Shown here: positions 34,085 through 44,902 of the stretch, one piece after another
Layout of the letters: every line of letters begins with the position of its first letter
Position numbering within the stretch: the stretch's first letter is position 1
DNA from: a virus
Lineage: Duplodnaviria; Caudoviricetes
Virus record (IMG/VR): IMGVR_UViG_3300037484_000435
Span: 1-64,000 of that record
DNA: 64,000 nucleotides
Strand: one strand, 5' to 3'
Program-made: the position numbers and the translations under genes
The notes under the pieces: model-generated
What the model was told of the DNA's origin: nothing
The model's input: only the letters and a program-made list of their open reading frames with translations
The model's database searches: none

Positions 34085-34154
34085 TAGTGGTAAGCCTCGC
34101 GGGAGGGGAAACAATAACACGCGTGCCGAGGGTTCGAGCCCTTCCTTACCACTA
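34085..34154 (+). ncRNA. tRNA-like element with unpaired anticodon region
   Basis: Perfect 10-bp outer stem TAGTGGTAAG/CTTACCACTA, D-like hairpin CCT-CGCGGG-AGG, T-arm GAGGG-TTCGAGC-CCTTC; no anticodon stem. Confidence 0.45.
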
Positions 34155-34611
34155 TTTAAAGAAAGACACACCAATGAAACTACTATTACTCGTCGCTATG
34201 ATGATTACTTTCACTGTAAGCTATGCAGGTGCCGATGAGATAGACGTGCTTGAACAGGCACTCAACTCCTATATAAATTATTGGTGTAAAAGAGACCCAG
34301 GAACACAAGGTTTTCCTAACGCCGAGAACTTCAAAAACATTACGCAAGCCAAGCTTAACATTGAATTGCTCAAGAAGGAACGAAAGGAGCCCCCTCTTGC
34401 TTCCGTGCCCACCCCCTCCTTGCCTTTTCTAGCTCCTCAATATAAGCTAGACATTAAACCAGAAGCAGAGTCCTTTGAGCTCATACCTATCATCTCTCCA
34501 GAAGTAGCCCGAGCTAAAGAAAAAGCTGAGGAGGAGAAGCTCTTACGTAAAAGATTGGAGTGGAAGGATTGGGAGAAAAAGAGAGATACTCTTTGGAGGA
34601 CAAGGTAAATC

Positions 34612-35460
34612 ATGATATTCGTTTTCTTTCGAATGATTCTGGCCCGTCGAAAACTGCGTATCACCCTTATAGGTGTGTTGTCATTGATAGTTGTGTTAAG
34701 TGTCTCTACACTAGGTTTTAACTACTTAGAGTCGGAACAGAACTTGTCACTGATGGATAGTCTTTGGCTCAGTGTAGTTACAATGACCACCGTAGGTTAC
34801 GGCGACGTCTCTCCTAAAACGCCCGCGGGCAAAATCTTTGCTATGACCTTTACTATGTTCTGTGGGATTGGAGTCATGGCTTATCTGGTGTCACTATTGG
34901 CTACAGCAGTAATAGAAAGAGAGGCAAAACTTGTGAGCGGGGAACTAGAGCTGGATTGTAAAAACCATATTCTAATAGTCAACATGCCTAACGAGCAGAT
35001 GGTACATGCTATCTTGGACGAGTTACGTAAAGATAATAACTCGCACAGCGTACCTATAGTTTTGATAGCGGACAGTGTAGACAAATGTCCTGCTCTTCTT
35101 CTGAATAGAAAGAACTTCTACTTCATCAAAGGGAACCCCACGTGGAGGGCCACCTTACAGAGGGCTAACGCGTCGGAAGCCTTACAAGCAGTCATATTAC
35201 CGAAGGACCCGAAAGACCCCACATCAGATGGGCTAACAACGCAGACGGCGATCATATTGAAAAGTATGCATGATAAGGCAGAAAGCCTTTTCTATATGGT
35301 TGCCGAAGTTATTTCTCAAGATTCGGTGGAACCGTTAGAACTAGTCGGTTGTCACAATGTAGTATGCTTACAGAAAGTAATCCCTACCAAGTTAGCAGGA
35401 ATCTTGAAAGACAGAATCACTGAAGATGCAGAAAAATTTACAGGCTTCAAATGTGATTAA
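34612..35460 (+). CDS. Two-TM potassium channel with RCK/TrkA-N domain (MthK/Kch-like)
   Basis: Selectivity filter TMTTVGYGD flanked by two TM helices; NHILIVN, GNPT...TLQRANA RCK pattern. Confidence 0.92.
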   Translation: MIFVFFRMILARRKLRITLIGVLSLIVVLSVSTLGFNYLESEQNLSLMDSLWLSVVTMTTVGYGDVSPKTPAGKIFAMTFTMFCGIGVMAYLVSLLATAVIEREAKLVSGELELDCKNHILIVNMPNEQMVHAILDELRKDNNSHSVPIVLIADSVDKCPALLLNRKNFYFIKGNPTWRATLQRANASEALQAVILPKDPKDPTSDGLTTQTAIILKSMHDKAESLFYMVAEVISQDSVEPLELVGCHNVVCLQKVIPTKLAGILKDRITEDAEKFTGFKCD

Positions 35461-35718
35461 AGGAATGTTACATGCCAGAAACACCCAAAATGAATTGGAA
35501 GACGATTAAATGGGAGGACGAGTATCGTTCCTCGTTCTTTGACTTAAAGTTCTGGCTGAAACGTATACACCCTTCGTTGTGGCTGTTACGCGTAAAACAT
35601 CCAGAAGATAAGGGCTGGCGTACAGTTGGAACAGTAGGTCGCATATGTGGGAACTATGAGCTAATGCGGAACGCCAAGCAATACGCTTGGAACTACCACA
35701 AAAGTAGGAGGAGTGTAG

Positions 35719-36000
35719 ATGCCTGACCTTGCACAAGTGATATGGTTTACTATGGACGAGGACGTATTGTGGGATTCCTTTATGGAAAAAGTAAATCAGG
35801 GAAGCCTTATCAACATTGTCGACTTGGCACACGAACTGACTGGTGATTCTAAATCACAGTGCAGGCGTCTAATTAAGGATGGTGCATTCAAATGGAACGG
35901 AGTCAAGTTACAAGATGAACAAACGTGGGTAGATATTAAGTCAGGGCAGTTCTACCGCATCGACCTAAAAGAATTATCTAAACTGGCGGAGCAAAAATGA
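35719..36000 (+). CDS. Stand-alone S4 RNA-binding domain protein (TyrRS C-terminal-like)
   Basis: SKSQCRRLIKDGAFKWNGVK. Confidence 0.65.
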   Translation: MPDLAQVIWFTMDEDVLWDSFMEKVNQGSLINIVDLAHELTGDSKSQCRRLIKDGAFKWNGVKLQDEQTWVDIKSGQFYRIDLKELSKLAEQK

Positions 36001-36852
36001 TTAGACCGAAGACGTTGAAAGAAACCAAGATACGTAGTACGCATTCTATAGGGCTCGTCCAGATAGGAAGAATATATGCGGTAGCTGACTGGCAAGTAGA
36101 CGGTTCGGGTTACTACTACTTTGACGAGCATGAGTTAGCCGAAGCCGAAGAGTTGTTTGCTGAGATGTCAGCTTACGAGTTGGAAACCAACCAACTATTT
36201 GATGAGGAGGACCAAGAGCTGCACTCAATCGATGAAGTGTCTGGTTCCCCTGCAATGACTAGAGCTATAACGAAACTCCGCAAAAAGTATCAGCGAAAGC
36301 ACATGGCTCTGCACGACAAGTATGTGGGGCTATTCCAAAAGTTGTATGAAAAGGAAAGTTAATGGCAGAATGGTTTCAAGAATTATTGTGTCCCTATTGT
36401 GACCGGAATCAAGATGCTGACTACTGGGAACCAGAAAAGATGATTTTACATCGGTGTGAACATTGTGGGCGTAAGTTTGTTGTACACACGCTGGCCACAA
36501 TCGTATTCAGCACAGAGAAGTTTGATTCTGGGGAAGAGGAAGAGGAAGATGAATGAGCAAAGCTGGGTAACAAACGGTCATAAATTCGTGCTAAGTAATG
36601 ACTACCCAGATATTGAACCAACCTTGATAATATATAGCGAGGTAATCCCAGTATATATGGCATTCACTTATAATGGCCCGCCAGCAACGTTTGAACAGAT
36701 ACAAGCTGGACTTATGTTCTACGGGTGGGAAAAGTGCCAAGAAGATTGGAGACAAGAGGAATACGGGATACCAGCATAACGGGGGTTGTCTTTCGAATTA
36801 ACTTACTTGCTGTTTACAATAGAATACTTTCGAAACTGGAGGTTCGTTGTAG

Positions 36853-37554
36853 ATGGAAGCAAGCCCAAGGCTAATTGAGGCTAATCAAAGGATTGGGAGA
36901 GAGTTAAGGCAGAGGTCCTTAGATAAATACTATGCAGACCCGAATTATTGTTTGAATTGTGGTGAGGTTATCCAAGTAAAGGATAACGAGGTCCCTGCAG
37001 CTACACGATCAAGGAAATTTTGTAGTAGGTCATGTGCGGCACATTGCAACAATCATCTTTACCCCAAGAGAAAAGCTGGCGTGCTTGTAGTCGACTCACA
37101 AGAGGGGACCGTCAGTCGTGTCTGCCGTAAGTGTGGAATCGTATTTGAGGTAGGTCGTTACTCAAGTGGAAAACCTAAGTGGAGGAAACATTGTGACACC
37201 TGTGTCTCAAAAACACGTTCTGAGAAATCACGAGAAATTTGTGAACGAAACGGAACATCTTTACCAAAGCCTGTTGGGGATATGACTAAGAAGGAATTGA
37301 GAGAACATTATGCTTGGCATTTGCATTACAAAACTACGATAGGTAAACACGCAAAGAAAGTTTTTCTTCTAAGCGGACAGGAGAAGGTTTGTAAGAACTG
37401 TGGATTCATTCACGGGGTTCAAATTTGTCACATCAAAGGTATAGCAACTTTTGCAGATGAGTCTTTGGTTTCTGAGATAAATGATGCCTCAAATCTCACC
37501 CCCTTATGCCCAAATTGTCATTGGCTTTTTGACCATGACCTTCTAAAACTTTGA
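36853..37554 (+). CDS. Zn-finger HNH endonuclease, paralog 3 (tRNA-adjacent)
   Basis: YYADPNYCLNCG...RKFCSRSCAAHCNN; CKNCGF...CHIKGI..F...NLTPLCPNCHWLFD. Confidence 0.85.
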   Translation: MEASPRLIEANQRIGRELRQRSLDKYYADPNYCLNCGEVIQVKDNEVPAATRSRKFCSRSCAAHCNNHLYPKRKAGVLVVDSQEGTVSRVCRKCGIVFEVGRYSSGKPKWRKHCDTCVSKTRSEKSREICERNGTSLPKPVGDMTKKELREHYAWHLHYKTTIGKHAKKVFLLSGQEKVCKNCGFIHGVQICHIKGIATFADESLVSEINDASNLTPLCPNCHWLFDHDLLKL

Positions 37555-37564
37555 TAATAGCAGG

Positions 37565-37651
37565 GCGGTAGTAGCTCAGTCAGGCAGAGCACGACTCTTC
37601 CAAAGTCGAGGCGAATAGTTCACGCAGGTTCAAATCCTGTCTACCGCTCCA
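37565..37651 (+). tRNA. trnG: tRNA-Gly(TCC) with an extended variable region
   Basis: Acceptor GCGGTAG/CTACCGC, CGACT-CTTCCAA-AGTCG, 15-nt variable region, U73 and CCA. Confidence 0.88.
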
Positions 37652-37917
37652 CACCCCATTTAACATGGAGAACCAAATGGAATGTACCATCACTCTTGAT
37701 GTGGATTTCTTTCATTATGCGGGGGATACTCCGTCTCCTGAAGATGTGGCTGGGGTAATTTGTCACCTTATCAACACCTATCCAAACTTCGCAGGGTATG
37801 ATGGAATAAAAATAGAAAAGGTGGAACCAACCAACTCTGAGTTTATTCCTGAAAGTAAATAACTATGGAGGTACCCTGTACAGTTAAGGTTATGTACTCG
37901 GGGGACCTTGTAAGGTT

Positions 37918-39114
37918 ATGGATAAATGTAGTGCTGTAAACAATAAACCCACAATGATATCTGAGCAGGCGACAGAGACGATTGACCTAAGCCAACTTAT
38001 TGGTGAGGGTATGACTGAATCTGGCAGTTTTGCTGTCTTGGGGCAAAGCTCTAAGATTATTAGTAATATTTTTGACGCCCTCCCTATCCCCATCTTGTGC
38101 ATTAACAAGGATTTTGTGGTACAATTTGCTAATAAATCCTGTGCAAAAATAACATTGGATTTTCAAAGTATCGTAGGGAAATCAATCCTAAACATTCTGC
38201 CAAGAGAAAAAGATGTTCGTTTGATTAAGTCTTCAGTAGAAGCGACTTTTGCAACCCGACAGTCACAAAAGGCTGATGGGGCAATACAAATGGACTCTGG
38301 ATATATGTGGGGCAGGTTTCATTTTAGGTCTTTGAGGGTCTTAGGTGTGCAATTAGTGCTGGTACAAATCGAAGACTTAACTTACGAGAAGAAGCAAATA
38401 GTGCTAAGAGTAAAACACCACAAAGAACTCCAAAAAAGTATAGGTGAGGTTAAACAAGAACTCAAACAACGCCACCAAGTCGAACGAGCATTGAAGGACA
38501 GCCTAGCCAAGTTTAAAACAACTCTAGATGGTGTCCTTAAGTCATTAGCGACACTAGTCGAACGAAAAGACCCTTACACGGCGGGGCACCAATTACGAGT
38601 AGCTCGGCTCTCAACAGCAATAGCTAAGCAAATGGGACTACCTGCGGACCAGATTCGCGGGATTAACATAGCTGCTTCTATGCATGATATTGGTAAGGTG
38701 TGTGTACCAGCAGAGCTGTTGAGCAAACCGGGCCGTTTGAATGAGCACGAATATGGTATTATAAGAGCTCACCCCGAGATAGGTTACGACATACTAAAGG
38801 GTGTAGAATTCCCATGGCCCTTTGCAGATATTGCCTTACAACACCACGAGAGAATGAATGGAAGTGGCTACCCACGAGGACTTAAAGGGGATGCTATTCG
38901 TATAGAGTCACGGATAGTTGCTGTTGCTGATGTCGTAGAAGCTATGCTATCACACAGGCCTTACCGACCTAAACTTCCGCTTAAGGAAGCCATTAAAGAA
39001 CTTCAAGATAACAGGGGAACCCTTTACGACAGCGACGTAGTAGACGCATGTTTAATAGTGTTGCGTAGACTTTCTGATTGGGTTCAACAAAAGAAAAACA
39101 AAAAAGAGATATAG
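37918..39114 (+). CDS. PAS + HD-GYP cyclic-dinucleotide phosphodiesterase
   Basis: KDPYTAGHQLRV, MHDIGK, HPEIG, HHERMNGSGYP, AVADVVEAM.SHRPYR. Confidence 0.93.
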   Translation: MDKCSAVNNKPTMISEQATETIDLSQLIGEGMTESGSFAVLGQSSKIISNIFDALPIPILCINKDFVVQFANKSCAKITLDFQSIVGKSILNILPREKDVRLIKSSVEATFATRQSQKADGAIQMDSGYMWGRFHFRSLRVLGVQLVLVQIEDLTYEKKQIVLRVKHHKELQKSIGEVKQELKQRHQVERALKDSLAKFKTTLDGVLKSLATLVERKDPYTAGHQLRVARLSTAIAKQMGLPADQIRGINIAASMHDIGKVCVPAELLSKPGRLNEHEYGIIRAHPEIGYDILKGVEFPWPFADIALQHHERMNGSGYPRGLKGDAIRIESRIVAVADVVEAMLSHRPYRPKLPLKEAIKELQDNRGTLYDSDVVDACLIVLRRLSDWVQQKKNKKEI

Positions 39115-39449
39115 GTGTCTAAACACTGCATGAGAGGAGAGTATGAAACACAAACTTACAGATAGGTCTGGTATAGCGTGCGACTTCCTATTTTATAGCT
39201 GTCCAGAGATGTTAGGGTCACGTGACTTCTCAATGGGATTTACTATAGGAGCACTCTACAAGGATATGTGTGCGGAACAACAGGATATTGTGGAAATTAT
39301 TACGGACGCTCGGGAAAAGGAGATCGCGATAGAACTGGGAAAGCGTCTGGACTACTTTATCATAGAGGATGTGGATGTAGGTGCGGGATGTTCTCGCCTA
39401 CGCTTCCGGTTGGGTAAAAGTCACAAACATTTGAATATTGTTAAATGAT

Positions 39450-39527
39450 GCGGGCATAGCTCAGTCAGGCTAGAGCGTCTGCTTGCCAAGCAGAAGGTCG
39501 CGGGTTCAAATCCCGCTGTCCGCTCCA
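39450..39527 (+). tRNA. trnG: tRNA-Gly(GCC)
   Basis: Canonical cloverleaf, TCTGC-TTGCCAA-GCAGA, U73 and CCA. Confidence 0.95.
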
Positions 39528-40341
39528 AGAAAGAAAAAATGGAATTATCACCAGAAGCAAAGATAGCAATAGATTTTTGTAGAAGAGCTCCTGCTATACT
39601 TATCCACCCAATAACAGCTGGAATAGCCATAAGCTTAGGCAAGAGTGTTTGTTACAAACCCAAGTGGTGGGACCCAACTCCTCATCTAGTATGTTCCCCA
39701 AGGAGTTTCAAAGAATTACAACAGGCGGGCTTACTTATATGTATCCCTGAGAGATACGCAACACATGCGGAACAAGTTTACACAGTAAATGGAAAGTAGA
39801 AGGGACGGTAATGGAATTAATTCCTTCCTTAATTTTTGTATTAATCGCGGCAACAATCTTGTGGTTTGTTAAACCTTTTTTCATCGCTACTGCTGCGGTC
39901 TCGGTGTTGTTTCTACTAATTGGCTTGGGTACGTGGTGGCGGTTACCATATGAAAGTCACCCAATGATACTGGGAGTTCTAGTATCTATTCCGGCCTTCT
40001 TTATTGGATTCCTATTCCTGCTTGTATTTGCGATTACCATTTTCACAACAGGAGTAGTCGTGGTCACCATCCCATGAAGGAAAAACAATGCCAATAGTAG
40101 CATTTTATCTTTTGATAGCCTTGGTTCCCGTTCTCCTTGTTAAAACAACGATTGTGGGAATAGCGATTTCAGGTTTAGTCTACCTATTGTTTGGAATCTT
40201 ATTTGCCCTAACAATTCCTACAGATGCCACATTCACTATCTATGTAACTTGGCCCTTCCTTATCTTAGGTGGTGGATTTATTTTAGGTGCGATAGGGGCG
40301 GGGCTTTACACTGGAATAATTACAATCACATTACCCTAGAG

Positions 40342-40794
40342 ATGTTAATGCCACATAGAACAGCAATATCAAGAAAAAAACCATCATTACCCGCAAGATT
40401 ATTAAGTGAAATGGGTCTACTAAAGGGCCGCGTTTTGGATTATGGGTGTGGTCGCGGGAAGGATGCTGAATACTTTGGGTTAGAGAAATGGGACCCACAC
40501 TTTAGTCCTGAAAGACCTAAAGGGCGGTTCGACACAGTGATGTGTAACTACGTATTATGTGTCACACCCTTTGAGGAAGAAGCAAACATCCTGCAAGACA
40601 TACAGCGTTATTTAACCCCAGAAGGTACAGCATATATAAGCATACGTAATGATATTAGCCAGTCCAGTATAACTAAAATAGGCACTATCAGACGTTGTGT
40701 TAATCTCTGTTACCTGCCTAGTTTATGTTACAAGCCGTCTTTCGCGATACACTGGATGCAGAGAGGCTACAAGGTCTACTGTGGGACAAGTTGA
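40342..40794 (+). CDS. Class I SAM-dependent methyltransferase
   Basis: RVLDYGCGRGKD, FDTVMCNYVL. Confidence 0.75.
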   Translation: MLMPHRTAISRKKPSLPARLLSEMGLLKGRVLDYGCGRGKDAEYFGLEKWDPHFSPERPKGRFDTVMCNYVLCVTPFEEEANILQDIQRYLTPEGTAYISIRNDISQSSITKIGTIRRCVNLCYLPSLCYKPSFAIHWMQRGYKVYCGTS

Positions 40795-41128
40795 CCACGA
40801 AAGGTCACCGTATGTTCGACCATAAATTTATAATCAAATTCGCTTGGCTTAAACTATACCAACGTTATATGAAGGGCTTCCAAACACCAGAGGAGATGCT
40901 AGATATTTGGGAAAAAATAGTTTGGAATTCCCGACTACATCCCTATTATGCGGACACTTCCTATCTACGAGAACGCATACTCAGAGTTTTGAGGTCTCGT
41001 AAAACTTTTGACTTAAACACAGACTGGCCTTACCTACCAGATGTACCATATGTCCCCACCTATCACGAAATCTGTAACATGATAGATAGTGGGATACTAA
41101 AAGAAAATGAAAAAGGAGTAGTAACATT

Positions 41129-41722
41129 ATGAAATCAGGTTATTGTCACATTCACACTATATTGGACCGCTCAGGGTCTATGCAGTCCATTCGGGATGAT
41201 GTTATCGGTGGGTTCAATACGTTCGTTGAGGACCAAAAGAAAGTGGCGGGGGAAGCCTCTATCACGCTGGTACAGTTTGATGAGCAAGACCCCTACGAAA
41301 TCATCTATGACTTCGCGAAACTGTCAGATGTTCGTCCCCTGACTGCTGAAACTTTTGTACCCCGAGGGTGGACACCCTTGTTGGATGCAATTGGTAGGGG
41401 TATCAATGATTGCGGCCAACGTCTCGCACAAATACCAGAGTCCGAGCGTCCCGAGAAGGTGATATTCTGCATCATCACTGACGGACAGGAAAACCGTAGC
41501 AAAGAATTCAAGAAAGAGCAGATTACCAAAATGGTCAAGGAACAAACTGACCAATGGAAGTGGGAATTTCTGTTCCTGAGTTGCGATCTGGCCGCTATTG
41601 ATGACGCTGTCTCTTATGGTATCGCTAAGGGTAACACTATGTCATTCCTGAAAACAAAGGACGGCACTCGTGCTGGTTACACCACACTGAGTAATATGGT
41701 GAAAACTTCAAGAACTTCTTAA
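41129..41722 (+). CDS. vWA domain protein
   Basis: ILDRSGSM MIDAS, RGWTPLLDAIG, IITDGQEN.S. Confidence 0.88.
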   Translation: MKSGYCHIHTILDRSGSMQSIRDDVIGGFNTFVEDQKKVAGEASITLVQFDEQDPYEIIYDFAKLSDVRPLTAETFVPRGWTPLLDAIGRGINDCGQRLAQIPESERPEKVIFCIITDGQENRSKEFKKEQITKMVKEQTDQWKWEFLFLSCDLAAIDDAVSYGIAKGNTMSFLKTKDGTRAGYTTLSNMVKTSRTS

Positions 41723-42331
41723 TCGGAGACTCGTTTGACAAAAGAAAAAGATACAGCAGTAATCCCGAAAGGGATTTACTGCTACTCCCACACAGGGAAG
41801 ATGGTTAAAGTTTACCACCCGGAAATCGATCAAGTAGTTGAGGTTCCGGGATTAGTTTACTGTCCCTATTGGGCTAGTTGGCCCGACAAACCTGAACAGG
41901 AAAATGGTTATTGTCATTACCTAGAAGAAGGGGATTGGGAAGTAGAGGGGCTTGGCCTCTTGTGGGACCAAGTAAAAGCATGCGGAATAAATGACGAGTG
42001 TGATGAGGAGGAAGAATAATGGAAGGTGAAAGAACTCCTTGTGTTATATGTGCTTGGCGAGGAACTTGTAACAAGAAGTTTTCGATGAGTAGTAGCTCAA
42101 CAATACGTTGTCCTGAATATACGCGGGATGTCACACTGGTTGAAAAGAAAGAAAAAAAGACATGGGAGCAAGAAGCAATCGAAATCATAGACGCTTGGGC
42201 AAATGAACACGCTACGGGTAAACGTTGTCCAGAGGGGAATATGTTTACGATTTACGCCGCGGGGCGTACCTGTGTTGCTCTTGCCCGCGAAGCATTAAAA
42301 CGTGGGGTTACTCTACCAAAGGAGGAGTAGT

Positions 42332-42883
42332 ATGTCAAAAACCGAAGTAAGCAAACTCTTGGCTTATGTCCTCCGCCACAACCCCGCGGATATCGGCATT
42401 GAGCTCGACGTAGAGGGATGGACGGACGTGGATATACTCTTGGGTCAATTGTTCAAACGCAAGGGTGTACAGCTCTCTCGTTTCGCTTTAGAGGAGGTTG
42501 TCAACGAGGACAAGAAAGGGCGTTACACAATCCAAGGTAAACGCATCCGAGCTAACCAAGGACATAGTCTAAAAAACATAATGGCTATTGACTTAACTCC
42601 TACAACTCCTCCAGACATTCTGTATCATGGCACATTCTTGAAAGCGTGGCATGATATCAAGCGGACAGGCGGACTCAGCAAGATGAATAGGCATCACGTT
42701 CACTTGTCCGCAGACTTCCAGACGGCAGAGATAGTGGCCAAGAGGAGACGTAACCAAACTCCTTGGATTTTATCTATTAATGCCAAACAAATGGTGCAGG
42801 ATGGTTTCCATTTCTTTATTTCGGATAATGGTGTGTGGATGACCGATACGGTTCCTCTCAAATACCTCCGTGTGGTGTCATAA
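42332..42883 (+). CDS. kptA: RNA 2'-phosphotransferase (Tpt1/KptA)
   Basis: SKLLAYVLRH.P, IRANQGHS, LYHGT, RHHVHLS. Confidence 0.93.
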   Translation: MSKTEVSKLLAYVLRHNPADIGIELDVEGWTDVDILLGQLFKRKGVQLSRFALEEVVNEDKKGRYTIQGKRIRANQGHSLKNIMAIDLTPTTPPDILYHGTFLKAWHDIKRTGGLSKMNRHHVHLSADFQTAEIVAKRRRNQTPWILSINAKQMVQDGFHFFISDNGVWMTDTVPLKYLRVVS

Positions 42884-43244
42884 TGTGTGAATATTGCGGA
42901 GACAACGAGCACGATTGCAGTATGGTTAGACATTGTGATTGGTGCCAAAGTGAAGAACGTTGTGAGTTAATCCCTTTGATGGGCTACTCAGAATGGTTAT
43001 GTCGAAGATGTGCGGCGTATGCGTACAGAAGTGAGCAAGCAGTATGATATTTGAGAACAAACAGAAGCAATGCCCTACCGTAGGTCAGCTTTATGCATTT
43101 GCCAGCAGGCAGCTTATGGATTATCCAGAAGACACAGCAAAAGAGGTGGTGTGGCATGTGTACACATGCAAAACCTGCCAAGAGTATGTAAAAGACTTGC
43201 AGGAGAAGCTCCCCTCTTTACAACCTAAATAGGAGAAAACTACC

Positions 43245-44093
43245 ATGCCCCAGATAGTATCAGCCAGCAGGCGTACAGACCTTCCTGCCTTCCAATCTGA
43301 CGAGTTCATGGCGGATGTGAGGAAAGGTTACCGTGACCTCCAAAACCCCTACACAGGCAAAATAGACCGCTATTTGTTGACACCCGAAGAAGTTATCTGT
43401 TTTGTATTTTGGACAAAGAATCCTCAGCCGATGATTAATCATGGTCACCTACTTGAGCTCCAAGATAGAGGGTACTCTTTCTATTTTAACTTCACCATTA
43501 CTGGTTTAAACTCTGTTGACTCTGGGATAGAGCCGGGTGTACCTCGGTTGAGTGAACAGTTGAATAGTGCTATGGCTATTGCCGAAAAGTTCCCTGGGTC
43601 GGTACGTTGGAGGTATGACCCGATTCTTCTCACAGAAAACACTTACTACAAGTGGCACGAGACTAACTTTGCTTACATCTGTAAAACATTCAACCAGATG
43701 GCCCCATCTATTACGGACTGTATTTTTAGTTTTTATCAGGACTATAGGAAGGCCGCGAATCGCATGCAAAGTAGAGATATCTCTTACTTCATGCCTACCA
43801 ACGACCAACAGATAGATATGATTCGAAGTCTGTCTGGTATCGCGAGTAGTTATGGAATACGCATGCTGTCATGTTCACAACCCCTGTTCGAGGCGGTCCC
43901 AGAGATAGGGCAGTCACGTTGTGTGGACCCAGATGTTATCTCACGGTTGGTTCCGTGGGAGAAGTTGCAAGTAATCACAAACCTCAAGAAAGATAAAGGA
44001 CAAAGGAAAGCGTGTGGTTGCATTAAGTCCGTGGACATAGGTGTGTATAATACCTGCCCGCATGATTGTGCTTACTGCTATGCTAATGTGTAA
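43245..44093 (+). CDS. DUF1848 family protein (radical-SAM-like, C-terminal Cys motif)
   Basis: IVSASRRTDLPAF, FWTKNP, WRYDPI, C.C.KSVDIG.YNTC.H.C.YCYAN. Confidence 0.85.
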   Translation: MPQIVSASRRTDLPAFQSDEFMADVRKGYRDLQNPYTGKIDRYLLTPEEVICFVFWTKNPQPMINHGHLLELQDRGYSFYFNFTITGLNSVDSGIEPGVPRLSEQLNSAMAIAEKFPGSVRWRYDPILLTENTYYKWHETNFAYICKTFNQMAPSITDCIFSFYQDYRKAANRMQSRDISYFMPTNDQQIDMIRSLSGIASSYGIRMLSCSQPLFEAVPEIGQSRCVDPDVISRLVPWEKLQVITNLKKDKGQRKACGCIKSVDIGVYNTCPHDCAYCYANV

Positions 44094-44410
44094 TAATGAA
44101 ATGCCTCACATGTAAACAAGAAGTCGAACCAGAATTAAAGAAGGTTCCTATGACAGCAATGCTCTATGTGTGCCCTCACTGCAATGACGTCATCGAAGAT
44201 GATGATTTACACCAAGACACAAAAGGCATTCTTTCTCAAGCATTAAACGACCTATCAATGGAAGATAATATTTGGTCAGTCATCTGGGCTATGCCCCACG
44301 ACCACCCCGAATTTATTGAGGGGCATAGAGACGCTGCCAAATACAGAAACAAGGCAATAAATCTTCTAGAAAAACTTCTAGAGACATACTCTCAACATTG
44401 AAAGGGAAAC

Positions 44411-44902
44411 ATGGCTAAACGCAAAGTTCTGGTTGATGCAGCAATGTGTAAACGCTGTGGTGGTAAATGTTGTAAGCAATTTCCCGGTTTCATGTTGCCT
44501 GAGGATTTACGTAGGGTAAATAGGAAAACTTTGGAGGAACTATTCTCTACTGGAAATTATTCCATAGACCAAGAAGAGCAGGTCAGGGTAAACAGAACCA
44601 AGAGAATCAGAGGATACTTTGTAAGACCCAAACGAATAAAATCATCAGGGGAATTACCCAAAGTGTTTGACCCTGCGATAGATAATGGTAACTGTGTCTT
44701 CTGGAAACCTATGGACGGTTGCAGTTTGTCACACGCAGAACGTCCGTGGGAGTGTAGGACATTAGTGCCAGAAATAGGAGAGTGCAACAAACATTGCCCA
44801 CCTATCAGAGGAGACTCACGTAGGTTTGCGGCCCGCAAGTGGGCACCCTACGAAAATATTATTGAGGAGATACTGCGGGAGGAGAAGGCTAATGGCACAT
44901 AA
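44411..44902 (+). CDS. YkgJ/CxxxxCC Zn/Fe-chelating protein
   Basis: CKRCGGKCC, CVFW...GCSL...RPWECR. Confidence 0.7.
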   Translation: MAKRKVLVDAAMCKRCGGKCCKQFPGFMLPEDLRRVNRKTLEELFSTGNYSIDQEEQVRVNRTKRIRGYFVRPKRIKSSGELPKVFDPAIDNGNCVFWKPMDGCSLSHAERPWECRTLVPEIGECNKHCPPIRGDSRRFAARKWAPYENIIEEILREEKANGT

